The position numbers and the translations under genes are program-made. A stretch of 38,123 bases of DNA from a virus (taxonomy: Duplodnaviria > Caudoviricetes): the IMG/VR virus record IMGVR_UViG_3300010214_000033, positions 1-38,123 of that record. One strand, given 5' to 3'. How positions within the stretch are numbered: position 1 is the first letter of the stretch; each line of letters starts with the position of its first letter. The notes beneath the pieces are model-generated. The model ran no database searches. It was not told where the DNA came from and was given only the letters and a program-made list of their open reading frames with translations. Of this stretch, positions 9,148 through 16,939 are shown in pieces.

Positions 9148-9631
9148 TGGAAGTACCTCCCAGAGCCTGGTTCAAAACAAAAATCTGCATAGAAGTCAGC
9201 GGCACGCTGACACTGGCCACCAGCAACAACCTGGAGCGAACCAATGGCCGAAAACGTCGAGACTTCCCTGCTTGAAAAACTGGTAGAGCGCGCTGTGCAA
9301 AAGCAACTGCAGCCGCTTCAGGACCAGCTTTGGGCGCACCACTGGGTGCTGACTGAGATGACGAGACAACTGCCGCGAGCAACGCTGCTTGCAACTGCCC
9401 AGCGACTGGAGCAGATGTGGCAACTGGAGCCACCCGAACAAAAGGAACGCCTTGAGGCAGTGCAGCTACAGTGGCACCAGTACCTGTGCCAGCAAGGCGC
9501 TCTGATAGACGGAGATACGCCTCCACCACTGAGCCCTGGGCAGCCAGTTCCTGCACGTCAGCGACCGGTACTGTGAGGGCTTGGCAGTAGGCAAGCCATG
9601 AATCGCTCAGGCGATAGAGCGGGCGCTTCAT
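9134..9631 (-). CDS. Hypothetical protein (MKRPLYRLSDSW..., 165 aa), antisense to 9244..9576
   Basis: ATGA overlap with the upstream gene stop, GGAG RBS, stop overlaps the next gene; protein composition is unconvincing. Confidence 0.4.
   Translation of the reverse strand: MKRPLYRLSDSWLAYCQALTVPVADVQELAAQGSVVEAYLRLSERLAGTGTGATVAALPQGVPFVRVAPVATSAPVAGQLQAALLAAVVSSSQSAPSGAPKAGPEAAAVAFAQRALPVFQAGKSRRFRPLVRSRLLLVASVSVPLTSMQIFVLNQALGGTSNGCA
9244..9576 (+). CDS. Hypothetical helical protein transcribed against the early operon
   Basis: GGAG RBS upstream of ATG; amphipathic, protein-like sequence (LLEKLVERAVQKQLQPLQDQLWAHHWVL). Confidence 0.6.
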   Translation: MAENVETSLLEKLVERAVQKQLQPLQDQLWAHHWVLTEMTRQLPRATLLATAQRLEQMWQLEPPEQKERLEAVQLQWHQYLCQQGALIDGDTPPPLSPGQPVPARQRPVL

Positions 9632-9873
9632 GCTGCAACGCCCTGCAGAGCCAACGGCGAGACACGCGCCGGGCGGGTGGTCACAATGCCTTCCTTCATG
9701 CCGAGTAAGACGGCAATGTTGTGGCTTTCGCCACGCAGGCACTTCTTATTGCCCGCCAGGACCTCTCGGACCAGGCTGTCACTCTTCTTGTTCTCACGAG
9801 CCCACTGGGCAATCGTGATGCCTTGGTACTCAAGCCATGCGCGGGCTTCAGCGGGGGTGCGTAGCTTCTTCAT
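9628..9873 (-). CDS. Ner/Cro-like DNA-binding protein (BcepMu gp16-type)
   Basis: RTPAEARAWL...GITIAQWARE...VL.G.KKCLRGESHNIAVLLGMK; first gene divergent from the repressor. Confidence 0.85.
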   Translation of the reverse strand: MKKLRTPAEARAWLEYQGITIAQWARENKKSDSLVREVLAGNKKCLRGESHNIAVLLGMKEGIVTTRPARVSPLALQGVAA

Positions 9874-9985
9874 GTCAAAATGTGTCTGTTGATGTGAATA
9901 GGTGCAGTTGCTCTGTGGAAGGGGCTGCTGCTTTTTTTGCCCCTAGTGCGGTGTAGTTAGGTCGCGCTAGGTTGGCGTTAGTGCG

Positions 9986-10014
9986 ATTATGGTGTCCAAA
10001 TGGACACTTTTGAA
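9986..10014 (-). promoter_or_regulatory. Early promoter (Pe-like) with a palindromic operator in the spacer
   Basis: Minus strand TTCAAA-17 bp-CATAAT; spacer holds GTGTCCA-AA-TGGACAC (9992-10007). Confidence 0.7.
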
Positions 10015-10026
10015 TCAATAGTTGAG

Positions 10027-10042
10027 GTGTCTGAATGGACAT
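10027..10042. promoter_or_regulatory. Second operator copy overlapping the repressor start codon
   Basis: GTGTCTGAATGGACAT matches the 9992-10007 palindrome at 13/16 positions. Confidence 0.65.
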
Positions 10043-10403
10043 TGGCGCGCGCTTGCGTGAAGAACGTGAGCGGCTAGAAATGACTCAGGAAGCGTTTGGC
10101 TTGGCGGGAGGGGTGCTCAAACGGGCACTTATTCGCTATGAAAAGGGTGAGCGAATGCCTGATGCTGTATTCCTTGCGGCTATTGCGGCTGCAGGAGCAG
10201 ACGTGCTCTACATCCTCACTGGCCAGCGCTCATCTGTCGCAGCGACGGCTACTACGCCCACCATTCCACCCTTGGCACACGACGAAGAGATCCTGCTGGA
10301 TAACTACCGCAACAGCCCACCCGATGCCCGTGCCGCAATCAAGGCGGCAAGCGATGCGTTTGCGCGCCCTGCGCGCGGCGCGAAAAGAGACAAGGCCGCC
10401 TAA
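10035..10403 (+). CDS. Phage repressor (XRE-family HTH)
   Basis: IGARLREERERLEMTQEAFG...YEKGERMPD...GADVLYILTG; GAGG RBS; divergent from the early operon. Confidence 0.9.
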   Translation: MDIGARLREERERLEMTQEAFGLAGGVLKRALIRYEKGERMPDAVFLAAIAAAGADVLYILTGQRSSVAATATTPTIPPLAHDEEILLDNYRNSPPDARAAIKAASDAFARPARGAKRDKAA

Positions 10404-10463
10404 GGTGGCAGACGGTTCACAGTGAATCCAGAAAATTAACGATCCTGAAGGGAGGGGGTAGTC

Positions 10464-11501
10464 TTGACGAATGAAAATGGAACTGAGGAAACAAGTCCCA
10501 CGCCCGAGGACCCTGCCGTTACGACGTTAACGGTTCGCTCCGAAGATGAGGCGTTTGCACTACTGAAAAAGGCGTTGGCTAACGAGCTAGCCGACCAGCC
10601 TTATGCACTTGAGTTTGACAACTGGCCAGTACTGACACTGCGGTTCGTTGGAGAGGGGTATAACAGTACTATCACACCTCACATTGCAGAAGCACTGATC
10701 GAGCTTCAGCATGCAATGAATCGTAGCTATGCAAGGCTGGTTCGCCATTCTGGCAACGCCAACGTGCTGACGAAAGAGGAACGCAGGGACCTTGAGTTCA
10801 AGGCAAAGGTGGATGAAGGTAGCTCCATCATTTCGGTGGACTTGGGCGACTACGCAGAGAAACTAACTACTGCGCTGGTAGGAAAAATGACTGGAACCGA
10901 GCTTGTCATCACGATATTGGGAGTCGCCATTTCCGGCGGAGCCTTGCTCGCCTATAAAGCATTCCTGGCGGCCCGCTCTGAGGATAAAAAAGTCGATTTA
11001 GCGACAAAACAGACGGTTCAGCTTTCTGAGCAAGAAACCAAACGTTTGCAGATCTTCGCAAACGCTATGGCGCATAGGCCCGAGCTGAAGGCATTGCATG
11101 AAGATTTCGACAATGTTCGCCACGATATTTTGAAAAGCGTGGGTGATGCCAACCAGCTTGATGTTCAAGGTCTTCCACTTAGTCAAGAACAGGCCCGTGT
11201 GATTGCTACGACACCTCGTACCAGAGCTGAGGATGTGCAACTCAATGGCAATTACCGAATCGTCAAGCTTGACTGGTCGAAAGATGATGAAGTTCGCATC
11301 TCCCTGTTTGGGGTCGATACTATTCAACGCGAATTCGTCGCCACCATGCGAGCTCACAACTTGACTCCGCAAAATATAGAAAAGCTCAAGGCATGCGAAT
11401 GGGAAAGAAAGCCTGTCTATCTCTCCATCAATGCCACAGTTTTACGAGGTGAGGTCACGACCGCCGTTATCTCTGGCGTGGAATGGCCGAAAGACCTGTA
11501 A
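10464..11501 (+). CDS. Accessory hypothetical protein with a central hydrophobic segment
   Basis: 345-aa ORF, lower GC, GGAGG upstream of TTG; TM-like LVITILGVAISGGALLAY. Confidence 0.8.
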   Translation: MTNENGTEETSPTPEDPAVTTLTVRSEDEAFALLKKALANELADQPYALEFDNWPVLTLRFVGEGYNSTITPHIAEALIELQHAMNRSYARLVRHSGNANVLTKEERRDLEFKAKVDEGSSIISVDLGDYAEKLTTALVGKMTGTELVITILGVAISGGALLAYKAFLAARSEDKKVDLATKQTVQLSEQETKRLQIFANAMAHRPELKALHEDFDNVRHDILKSVGDANQLDVQGLPLSQEQARVIATTPRTRAEDVQLNGNYRIVKLDWSKDDEVRISLFGVDTIQREFVATMRAHNLTPQNIEKLKACEWERKPVYLSINATVLRGEVTTAVISGVEWPKDL

Positions 11502-11584
11502 AAGGTACGGCTCGCAAGTAGCCCGGCTAAGCGCTGCACATATCGGGTTCTCTTGGTCTGTAGCCCAAAAAGAGCGGAGGTGTT

Positions 11585-12058
11585 ATGAGTCACTGGAGTA
11601 TTCGTGCAGGGTGCTATGTGGCCCTCGCTGCGCTGTTGGTAGCACCTTTTCTGGCACATGCAGAAGATGCGCAGGCGCGTCTGATGCGGACAATACACAG
11701 AAACCTCTATCAGCAGCACGAGCTTTGCGTAGTCCATGCCCGTGTGGCGCTCGTCCTTCCACAGGAGCGAGAACAGGAAAGGGAACAAGCACAATCTGAG
11801 CTGGCGGCCTGTACAGCTGAGGGGAAAAGCGATGTGGAAGAAGCAAGTGCCATGATCGCCCAATGGTTCAGAACCAAGCCAGCTCCCGCAGCAATGGCCA
11901 CATGGCGCACCACCTGGCTGGCCGCATACGACGCTGCTGATTTGCGGTTTGACGATACCGAAGCCATCTACTTGCGCCGCGCGATCGACACACTCAAACG
12001 CACGGAAAGGGCCTCGACCAAGTTTCAAACCGCTGTGCTGGGTGCGCCTTTGAAGTGA
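11585..12058 (+). CDS. Predicted secreted/periplasmic protein
   Basis: GGAGG RBS; Sec signal peptide ending AHA|EDA; two Cys in the mature part. Confidence 0.75.
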   Translation: MSHWSIRAGCYVALAALLVAPFLAHAEDAQARLMRTIHRNLYQQHELCVVHARVALVLPQEREQEREQAQSELAACTAEGKSDVEEASAMIAQWFRTKPAPAAMATWRTTWLAAYDAADLRFDDTEAIYLRRAIDTLKRTERASTKFQTAVLGAPLK

Positions 12059-12095
12059 TTAATGACGGTCCAATTGCGCCGTCCGTCAGTGCATA

Positions 12096-12115
12096 GTGCC
12101 CTCGGCCAAAAGACC
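12096..12115 (+). promoter_or_regulatory. Late promoter element copy 1 (lysis operon)
   Basis: GTGCCCTCGGCCAAAAGACC, identical to 20487-20506; CAGAGT lies 17 bp downstream. Confidence 0.7.
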
Positions 12116-12177
12116 AATCCCGCTCTGACGTCCAGAGTGTGGGCTTTCAAACCCGAAAGTTCACACCGAGGACGTTC

Positions 12178-12585
12178 ATGTCATCCACTTCCGCCCAAAG
12201 CCCCCGCCAATCGAAGCTGCCGCGCCTGACCATCTGGTGGCTGATTGCGACCGTTCTCTCGCTGGCTGTCTTTTGGATAGCCCCTCAGCAACTGCCGGTC
12301 AGCCTTTACAAGCTCAATCTGATCTCACTGGCTGCCCTGGCTGGTTACTGGATTGACCGCGCGGTCTTTCCGTATGCCCGCCCCAATCTGGACGCTCTAC
12401 GCCTACTGAGCCATCCCGGCACCGCTGGGCCTGCCGAATACAGCCCTGATCCAGCCTCTCCTGGTGAGTCATGCATGCTTGTGTCCTGGCCGGATGCTGC
12501 CCCTCTGTACTTCATGCTGGGCTGCATGCTGCGCCGCGCGCTCATCATGGCTTCCGCCATTCTCGCCATCAGCCTGGGCGGTTAA
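12178..12585 (+). CDS. Putative holin
   Basis: Hydrophobic segments, PQQLPVSLYKL..LAALAGYWIDRAVFPYARP...MLRRALI; GAGGA RBS; precedes the endolysin. Confidence 0.85.
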   Translation: MSSTSAQSPRQSKLPRLTIWWLIATVLSLAVFWIAPQQLPVSLYKLNLISLAALAGYWIDRAVFPYARPNLDALRLLSHPGTAGPAEYSPDPASPGESCMLVSWPDAAPLYFMLGCMLRRALIMASAILAISLGG

Positions 12586-12588
12586 TCC

Positions 12589-13212
12589 ATGCGCAGCCGT
12601 CATATCCGTGCCGCCATTCTGGTGGGCGTGGCCGTAGTCTCAGCAGCGCTGAGTTACTGCCGCAGCGCCCAAGCCCAGGTGCCAGCTGCCGCCCAGCCGC
12701 ATAGGGCCTTGTTGGCGCGCACCGCCAATGCCACCTGGGGCCTGGGCGCTCCGGTGGCCGTCTTTGCCGCGCAGGTGCACCAGGAGTCTGCCTGGAAGCC
12801 CGAGGCTGTCAGCCGCGTCGGTGCCCGAGGTCTCGCCCAGTTCATGCCAACCACTGCCTCCTGGTGGTGCGACCTGAACAAGCTGGCCCCGGCAGATTGC
12901 CAGCCTCACAACACCACCTGGGCCTTGCGCGCCCTGGTCGGCTACGACAAATACCTTTACGACCGCACACCGACTCACTACAGCGCCTACGACCGCATGT
13001 GGGTGGCCCTGCGCGGGTACAACGGCGGGCTCGGCCACTGGCAACGTGAAGCAGCGGTTTCCGGGGCCGCCCAGCCCACACGGCAGCAAGTGGATGCGGC
13101 CTGCGGCAAAGCCCGCCGCGCGGCCGTCCATTGCCGTGAAAACCTCGGCTACCCCCAGCGCATCCTGGTCGACCTGCAGCCGCGCTATCTGAGCTGGGGG
13201 CCTGGCCTATGA
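12589..13212 (+). CDS. Endolysin, SLT-type lytic transglycosylase with N-terminal signal/SAR segment
   Basis: HQESAW (catalytic Glu), ARGLAQFMPTTA, YNGGLG. Confidence 0.9.
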   Translation: MRSRHIRAAILVGVAVVSAALSYCRSAQAQVPAAAQPHRALLARTANATWGLGAPVAVFAAQVHQESAWKPEAVSRVGARGLAQFMPTTASWWCDLNKLAPADCQPHNTTWALRALVGYDKYLYDRTPTHYSAYDRMWVALRGYNGGLGHWQREAAVSGAAQPTRQQVDAACGKARRAAVHCRENLGYPQRILVDLQPRYLSWGPGL

Positions 13213-13736
13213 AGCCCACAGCGCGCTATCTGCTGGTGGGCCTCTTGGTGGCCGCAGCCTACTGGGGCTTCGGCCTATACCAGGACCATTTGATCTCTCA
13301 AGGTGATGCCCAGGGCGCAGACCGCGTGCAAAAAGCCTGGAATGACCAGGAACGTCTGCGCAGCCAGGTCACCGCTGCAGGCAACACCCTGCGCCAACGC
13401 AATGCCGAGAAAGTCGCCCATGACCACACCCAACGCGCAGCGGCCAGCCAGGCTGCTGCTGACTCTGCTGCCGCTTCTTTGCGCAGCCTGCGCGCAGAGC
13501 TTGCCCGCCTCAAATCTCGCACCAATCCCTACCCAGCTGGAGATGCCGGCCTTGCCGCCTGCGCTGGCGAAGCCGCCACCGCCCGAGAGCTATTCGGAGA
13601 AAGCGCAGAAGCGTATGTCGACCTGGCTGCAGAGGCTGATCAGCTCCGAGACCAGGTCGCAGGACTGCAGCAGTTCGCTGCCAGTGTCTGCCACGCAGGC
13701 CGTGCCCTGCAGCCCGCCGTAGGAGCTGCAGATTGA
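13209..13736 (+). CDS. Rz: Rz-like inner-membrane spanin
   Basis: N-terminal TM, Ala-rich coiled coil; follows the endolysin. Confidence 0.8.
   Translation: MKPTARYLLVGLLVAAAYWGFGLYQDHLISQGDAQGADRVQKAWNDQERLRSQVTAAGNTLRQRNAEKVAHDHTQRAAASQAAADSAAASLRSLRAELARLKSRTNPYPAGDAGLAACAGEAATARELFGESAEAYVDLAAEADQLRDQVAGLQQFAASVCHAGRALQPAVGAAD
13420..13722 (+). CDS. Rz1: Rz1-like outer-membrane lipoprotein spanin embedded in Rz (+1 frame)
   Basis: MTTPNAQRPARLLLTLLPLLCAAC signal plus lipobox; Pro-rich mature part (PALPPALAKPPPP). Confidence 0.8.
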   Translation: MTTPNAQRPARLLLTLLPLLCAACAQSLPASNLAPIPTQLEMPALPPALAKPPPPESYSEKAQKRMSTWLQRLISSETRSQDCSSSLPVSATQAVPCSPP

Positions 13737-13957
13737 CCGACTTCTTTGACCGTGCCCAGGCCCGTGAGCTGCAGTTGCGAGAGGACGCGCTGCGAGACCA
13801 GACGCGCCGCGCAGGTCTTGTGGGCAAGACCATGACCGACTCGGCCACCGAGTGCATCGACTGCGATGCCCAGATCCCCGAAACCCGCCGCTGGGCAATG
13901 CCAGGTTGCCAGCGGTGTGTGAAGTGCCAGTCCACCTTTGAGCAGCAAAAACCATGA
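13733..13957 (+). CDS. TraR/DksA C4 zinc-finger protein
   Basis: MTDFFDRAQ...CIDC...IPETRR...PGCQRCVKCQ; AGGAG RBS with TTG start overlapping the Rz stop. Confidence 0.9.
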   Translation: MTDFFDRAQARELQLREDALRDQTRRAGLVGKTMTDSATECIDCDAQIPETRRWAMPGCQRCVKCQSTFEQQKP

Positions 13958-14259
13958 ATTTTTCCGATATGACATTCAGCTCCGAGGCCGTGCGTTGGCT
14001 GGTCATGGCCGCGCTGGGCGTCTATTCCTGGTTCGTGGGCCGCCAAGCTGCCAGTGCGGCCGAGCTGCTGGACCTGCGCACCCGCATCACCACGCTGGAA
14101 GCCCAGATGAAACAGGTTCCCAGCCAGCAGCAACTGCACGAGCTGGGCACCAATCTGGCAAGGCTGGCGGGCTCTGTTGAAGCCGTCAGCCAGCGCATGG
14201 ACCCCATGGCACGCGGGCTGGAGCGTGTCGAGAGCTATCTACTCCACAACTCGAAATAG
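13954..14259 (+). CDS. DUF2730 / Mu gp25-like membrane protein
   Basis: N-terminal TM then coiled coil RITTLEAQMKQVP; synteny. Confidence 0.75.
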   Translation: MNFSDMTFSSEAVRWLVMAALGVYSWFVGRQAASAAELLDLRTRITTLEAQMKQVPSQQQLHELGTNLARLAGSVEAVSQRMDPMARGLERVESYLLHNSK

Positions 14260-14268
14260 AGCCAAGAC

Positions 14269-14562
14269 ATGAGCAACTACGCCCAAGTCCTTACCGAAGA
14301 CCGCCGCCTGGTCATCCTGCGGGCGCTGGCCGAGCTGCCCTCGTACAAGAGCAATAGCTCCATCATCTGCACGCTGCTGGAGCGCTGGGGCCACTCGCCC
14401 AGCCGTGACCAGGTCAAGACCGATCTGCGCTGGCTAGAAGAGCAAGGCCTGCTCAAGGTTGAAGAAGTCGAGTCGGTGCTCCTGGCCACGCTGAGCGAGC
14501 GCGGCATGGATGTGGCCAAGGGCCGCGTCGTCCAGCCTGGCGTCAAGCGCCCCGGAGCCTGA
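14269..14562 (+). CDS. Mu gp26-like winged-HTH protein
   Basis: EDRRLVILRAL...SRDQVKTDLRWLEEQGL...RGMDVAKG...PGVKRP. Confidence 0.85.
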   Translation: MSNYAQVLTEDRRLVILRALAELPSYKSNSSIICTLLERWGHSPSRDQVKTDLRWLEEQGLLKVEEVESVLLATLSERGMDVAKGRVVQPGVKRPGA

Positions 14563-14563
14563 T

Positions 14564-15109
14564 ATGGGCCGCAAGTCTTCTGTATCGCGCCTGGACCCCG
14601 AGGCCCGCAAGTTCCTCGAAAAGCTCATCCGCGATGACCGCCACACGCTGGACGAGCTGCTGGACGCAATGCGCGCAAAGTACCCCGCAGCCGACATCAG
14701 CCGCAGCGGTATCCACCGCTACCGCGTCGGCTTTGACGAAATGATGGGCCGCATGCGTGAGATTGAGACGGCCTCGGCCGCGCTGGTGGACGAGCTGGGC
14801 GAAGGCGTGGGCGACAAGGCCGGGGCACTGCTGGCCCAGGCCGTGACCACACTGGCCACCAATGCGGCGTTGAACGCGCATGGCAATGAAAAGGTCAGCA
14901 TCAAGGAAGTGTCCGAGCTGGCCCGCGCCGCCCGTGCCGCCATGCAGGCCCGCACTATGAGCCTGAAGGAGCGCGAGGCCATTGAAGAGCATGCCCGCCG
15001 CAGGCTCCTCGAGGAGCAGCAAGGCAACCTGGAAAAGATCGCCAAGACCCAAGGCATGAGCCAGGAGCAGGTGGACTTCTGGGTCAAGGAATTCCTGGGG
15101 GTGCGCTGA
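14564..15109 (+). CDS. Terminase small subunit (DUF3486, Mu gp27)
   Basis: MGRKSSVSRL...ISRSGIHRY; directly precedes the large terminase. Confidence 0.85.
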   Translation: MGRKSSVSRLDPEARKFLEKLIRDDRHTLDELLDAMRAKYPAADISRSGIHRYRVGFDEMMGRMREIETASAALVDELGEGVGDKAGALLAQAVTTLATNAALNAHGNEKVSIKEVSELARAARAAMQARTMSLKEREAIEEHARRRLLEEQQGNLEKIAKTQGMSQEQVDFWVKEFLGVR

Positions 15110-16773
15110 TGGCCTCTATCGTCCAGCCCTTGAGCAGCACCGTCCGCATTGTCGAGTGGGACGATTTGCCCGCCCGTGTGCGCGAGATTCCGGCCGGTTT
15201 CAACCCGCTGGACGAAGGCGTGCTGATGGCCCACCAGCGCGAGGTGGTCAAGCTGCAGCGCTCCATTGTGGCCGTCCCCAAGGGCCGCCGCACAGGCATC
15301 ACTTTCGCGGTCATGCTGCGCAAGACCCTGGTGGCCGCTGCCAGCAAGGTGGCGGGCGGCGACAACGTCTACTACATCGGTGATACCCGCGAAAAGGGCC
15401 TGGAGGCCATTGGTTACGTGGCCAAGTTCGCACAGATCATTGCCCGCGCCCAGGGCTCGGTGTCGGACATTGAAGAGTTCCTGTTTGAGGACCAGGACCC
15501 AGAGACCGGCAAGACCAAGCACATCACGGCCTACCGCATCCGCTTTGCCAGCGGGTTTCAGGTCTGTGCGCTGTCCAGCCGTCCAGCCAACATCCGGGGC
15601 CTGCAGGGCCATGTAGTCATTGACGAAGCCGCATTCCACCCGGACGTCCAGGGCGTGCTGGATGCCGCGACCGCTCTGCTGATCTGGGGCGGCCAGATCA
15701 CGGTCATCAGCTCGCACAACGGCAAGAACAACCCGTTTGCCCAGTTCTGCCGCGACATCGAGGCCGGACGCTATGGCGAAGACGCCGCAGTATTCACAGT
15801 CACGTTCGACGATGCCGTGGCCAATGGCCTGTACGAGCGCGTGTGCTGGATGAAGGGCGAGGAAGCCACGGCCGAGGGCAAGAAGAAGTGGTACGCCAAG
15901 ATCCGCAACGGCTATGGCGTGCGCAAGGCGGCCATGCGCGAGGAGCTGGACGCCATCCCGCGCGACGGCAGCGGCGTGTGCCTGCCTGGCGTGTGGATTG
16001 ACCGCGCCCAGGTGTTGCCCGAGGCCACAGTGGTGCGCCTGGCGCTTGATGATGACTTTGTGACTAAGCCTCCTGCTGAGCGTGAAGCCTGGGTGGCTGA
16101 CTGGATTGCCCGCGTACTGGACCCCGTGCTGGGCGAGCTGGACCCCAGCGTGCGTCATGTCTTCTCGCAAGACTATGCGCGCCACCGCGATTTCTCGGTC
16201 TGGGGCGGCCATGCGCTCACGCTGGGCCTACGCCGACAAACACGCCTGGGCATTGAGATGCACAAGGTGCCCTATGCCCAGCAAAAGCAGATCATCTTTC
16301 ACGCTATCCGCCGCCTGCCCAACCGCTGCGGCGGGGCTATGGACGCTACAGGCCCTGGCCAGGCGCTGGCCGAAGAAGCCGCCGACGAGTTTGGCCACAG
16401 CCATGTGCATCAGGTCATCCTCAACCGCGCCTGGTACAGCATGTGGATGCCCAAGTTCATCCAGGGCTTTGAAGACGGCCTGACCGATCTGCCAATGGAC
16501 GCCAACTGGGCCATGGACTTGCGCGCCATTGAAGAGGTCGACGGCGTGCCCATGGTGACCAAGCTGCGCCGCAAGGACTTGAAAGACCCGGAGCTGCAGC
16601 GCCACGGGGACAGCGCAGTGATGCTGGCCCTCGGCTGGTATGCCTCGGTCAACCTGAACGCGCCCATCGACTACATCGCCGTACCAACGCACCCCAGAGG
16701 CTTCGACAACCTGCAGGCCGGTGGCATGCGAGAAGACCTGGACTTCCCGCTCATCGAACACGAGGGCTGGTGA
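15109..16773 (+). CDS. Terminase large subunit (Mu gp28-like)
   Basis: KGRRTGIT Walker A, VVIDEAAF Walker B, nuclease motifs QDYAR..D and HGDSAV. Confidence 0.92.
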   Translation: MASIVQPLSSTVRIVEWDDLPARVREIPAGFNPLDEGVLMAHQREVVKLQRSIVAVPKGRRTGITFAVMLRKTLVAAASKVAGGDNVYYIGDTREKGLEAIGYVAKFAQIIARAQGSVSDIEEFLFEDQDPETGKTKHITAYRIRFASGFQVCALSSRPANIRGLQGHVVIDEAAFHPDVQGVLDAATALLIWGGQITVISSHNGKNNPFAQFCRDIEAGRYGEDAAVFTVTFDDAVANGLYERVCWMKGEEATAEGKKKWYAKIRNGYGVRKAAMREELDAIPRDGSGVCLPGVWIDRAQVLPEATVVRLALDDDFVTKPPAEREAWVADWIARVLDPVLGELDPSVRHVFSQDYARHRDFSVWGGHALTLGLRRQTRLGIEMHKVPYAQQKQIIFHAIRRLPNRCGGAMDATGPGQALAEEAADEFGHSHVHQVILNRAWYSMWMPKFIQGFEDGLTDLPMDANWAMDLRAIEEVDGVPMVTKLRRKDLKDPELQRHGDSAVMLALGWYASVNLNAPIDYIAVPTHPRGFDNLQAGGMREDLDFPLIEHEGW

Positions 16774-16939
16774 TGCAAAACCGCCAAGCCCGAAAACGGC
16801 GATTTAAGCGATTTTTAGCCGATGCCCTTCCGCTGGCATCGGCTTGCTGCATCACGGGCCTTGTCGGCGTTTATAAACGCCTCCCCGCCTCGTGCTGCTG
16901 CAGCTCACCCAATGCAAAAACACAAAGCGAGGTGCCGCC

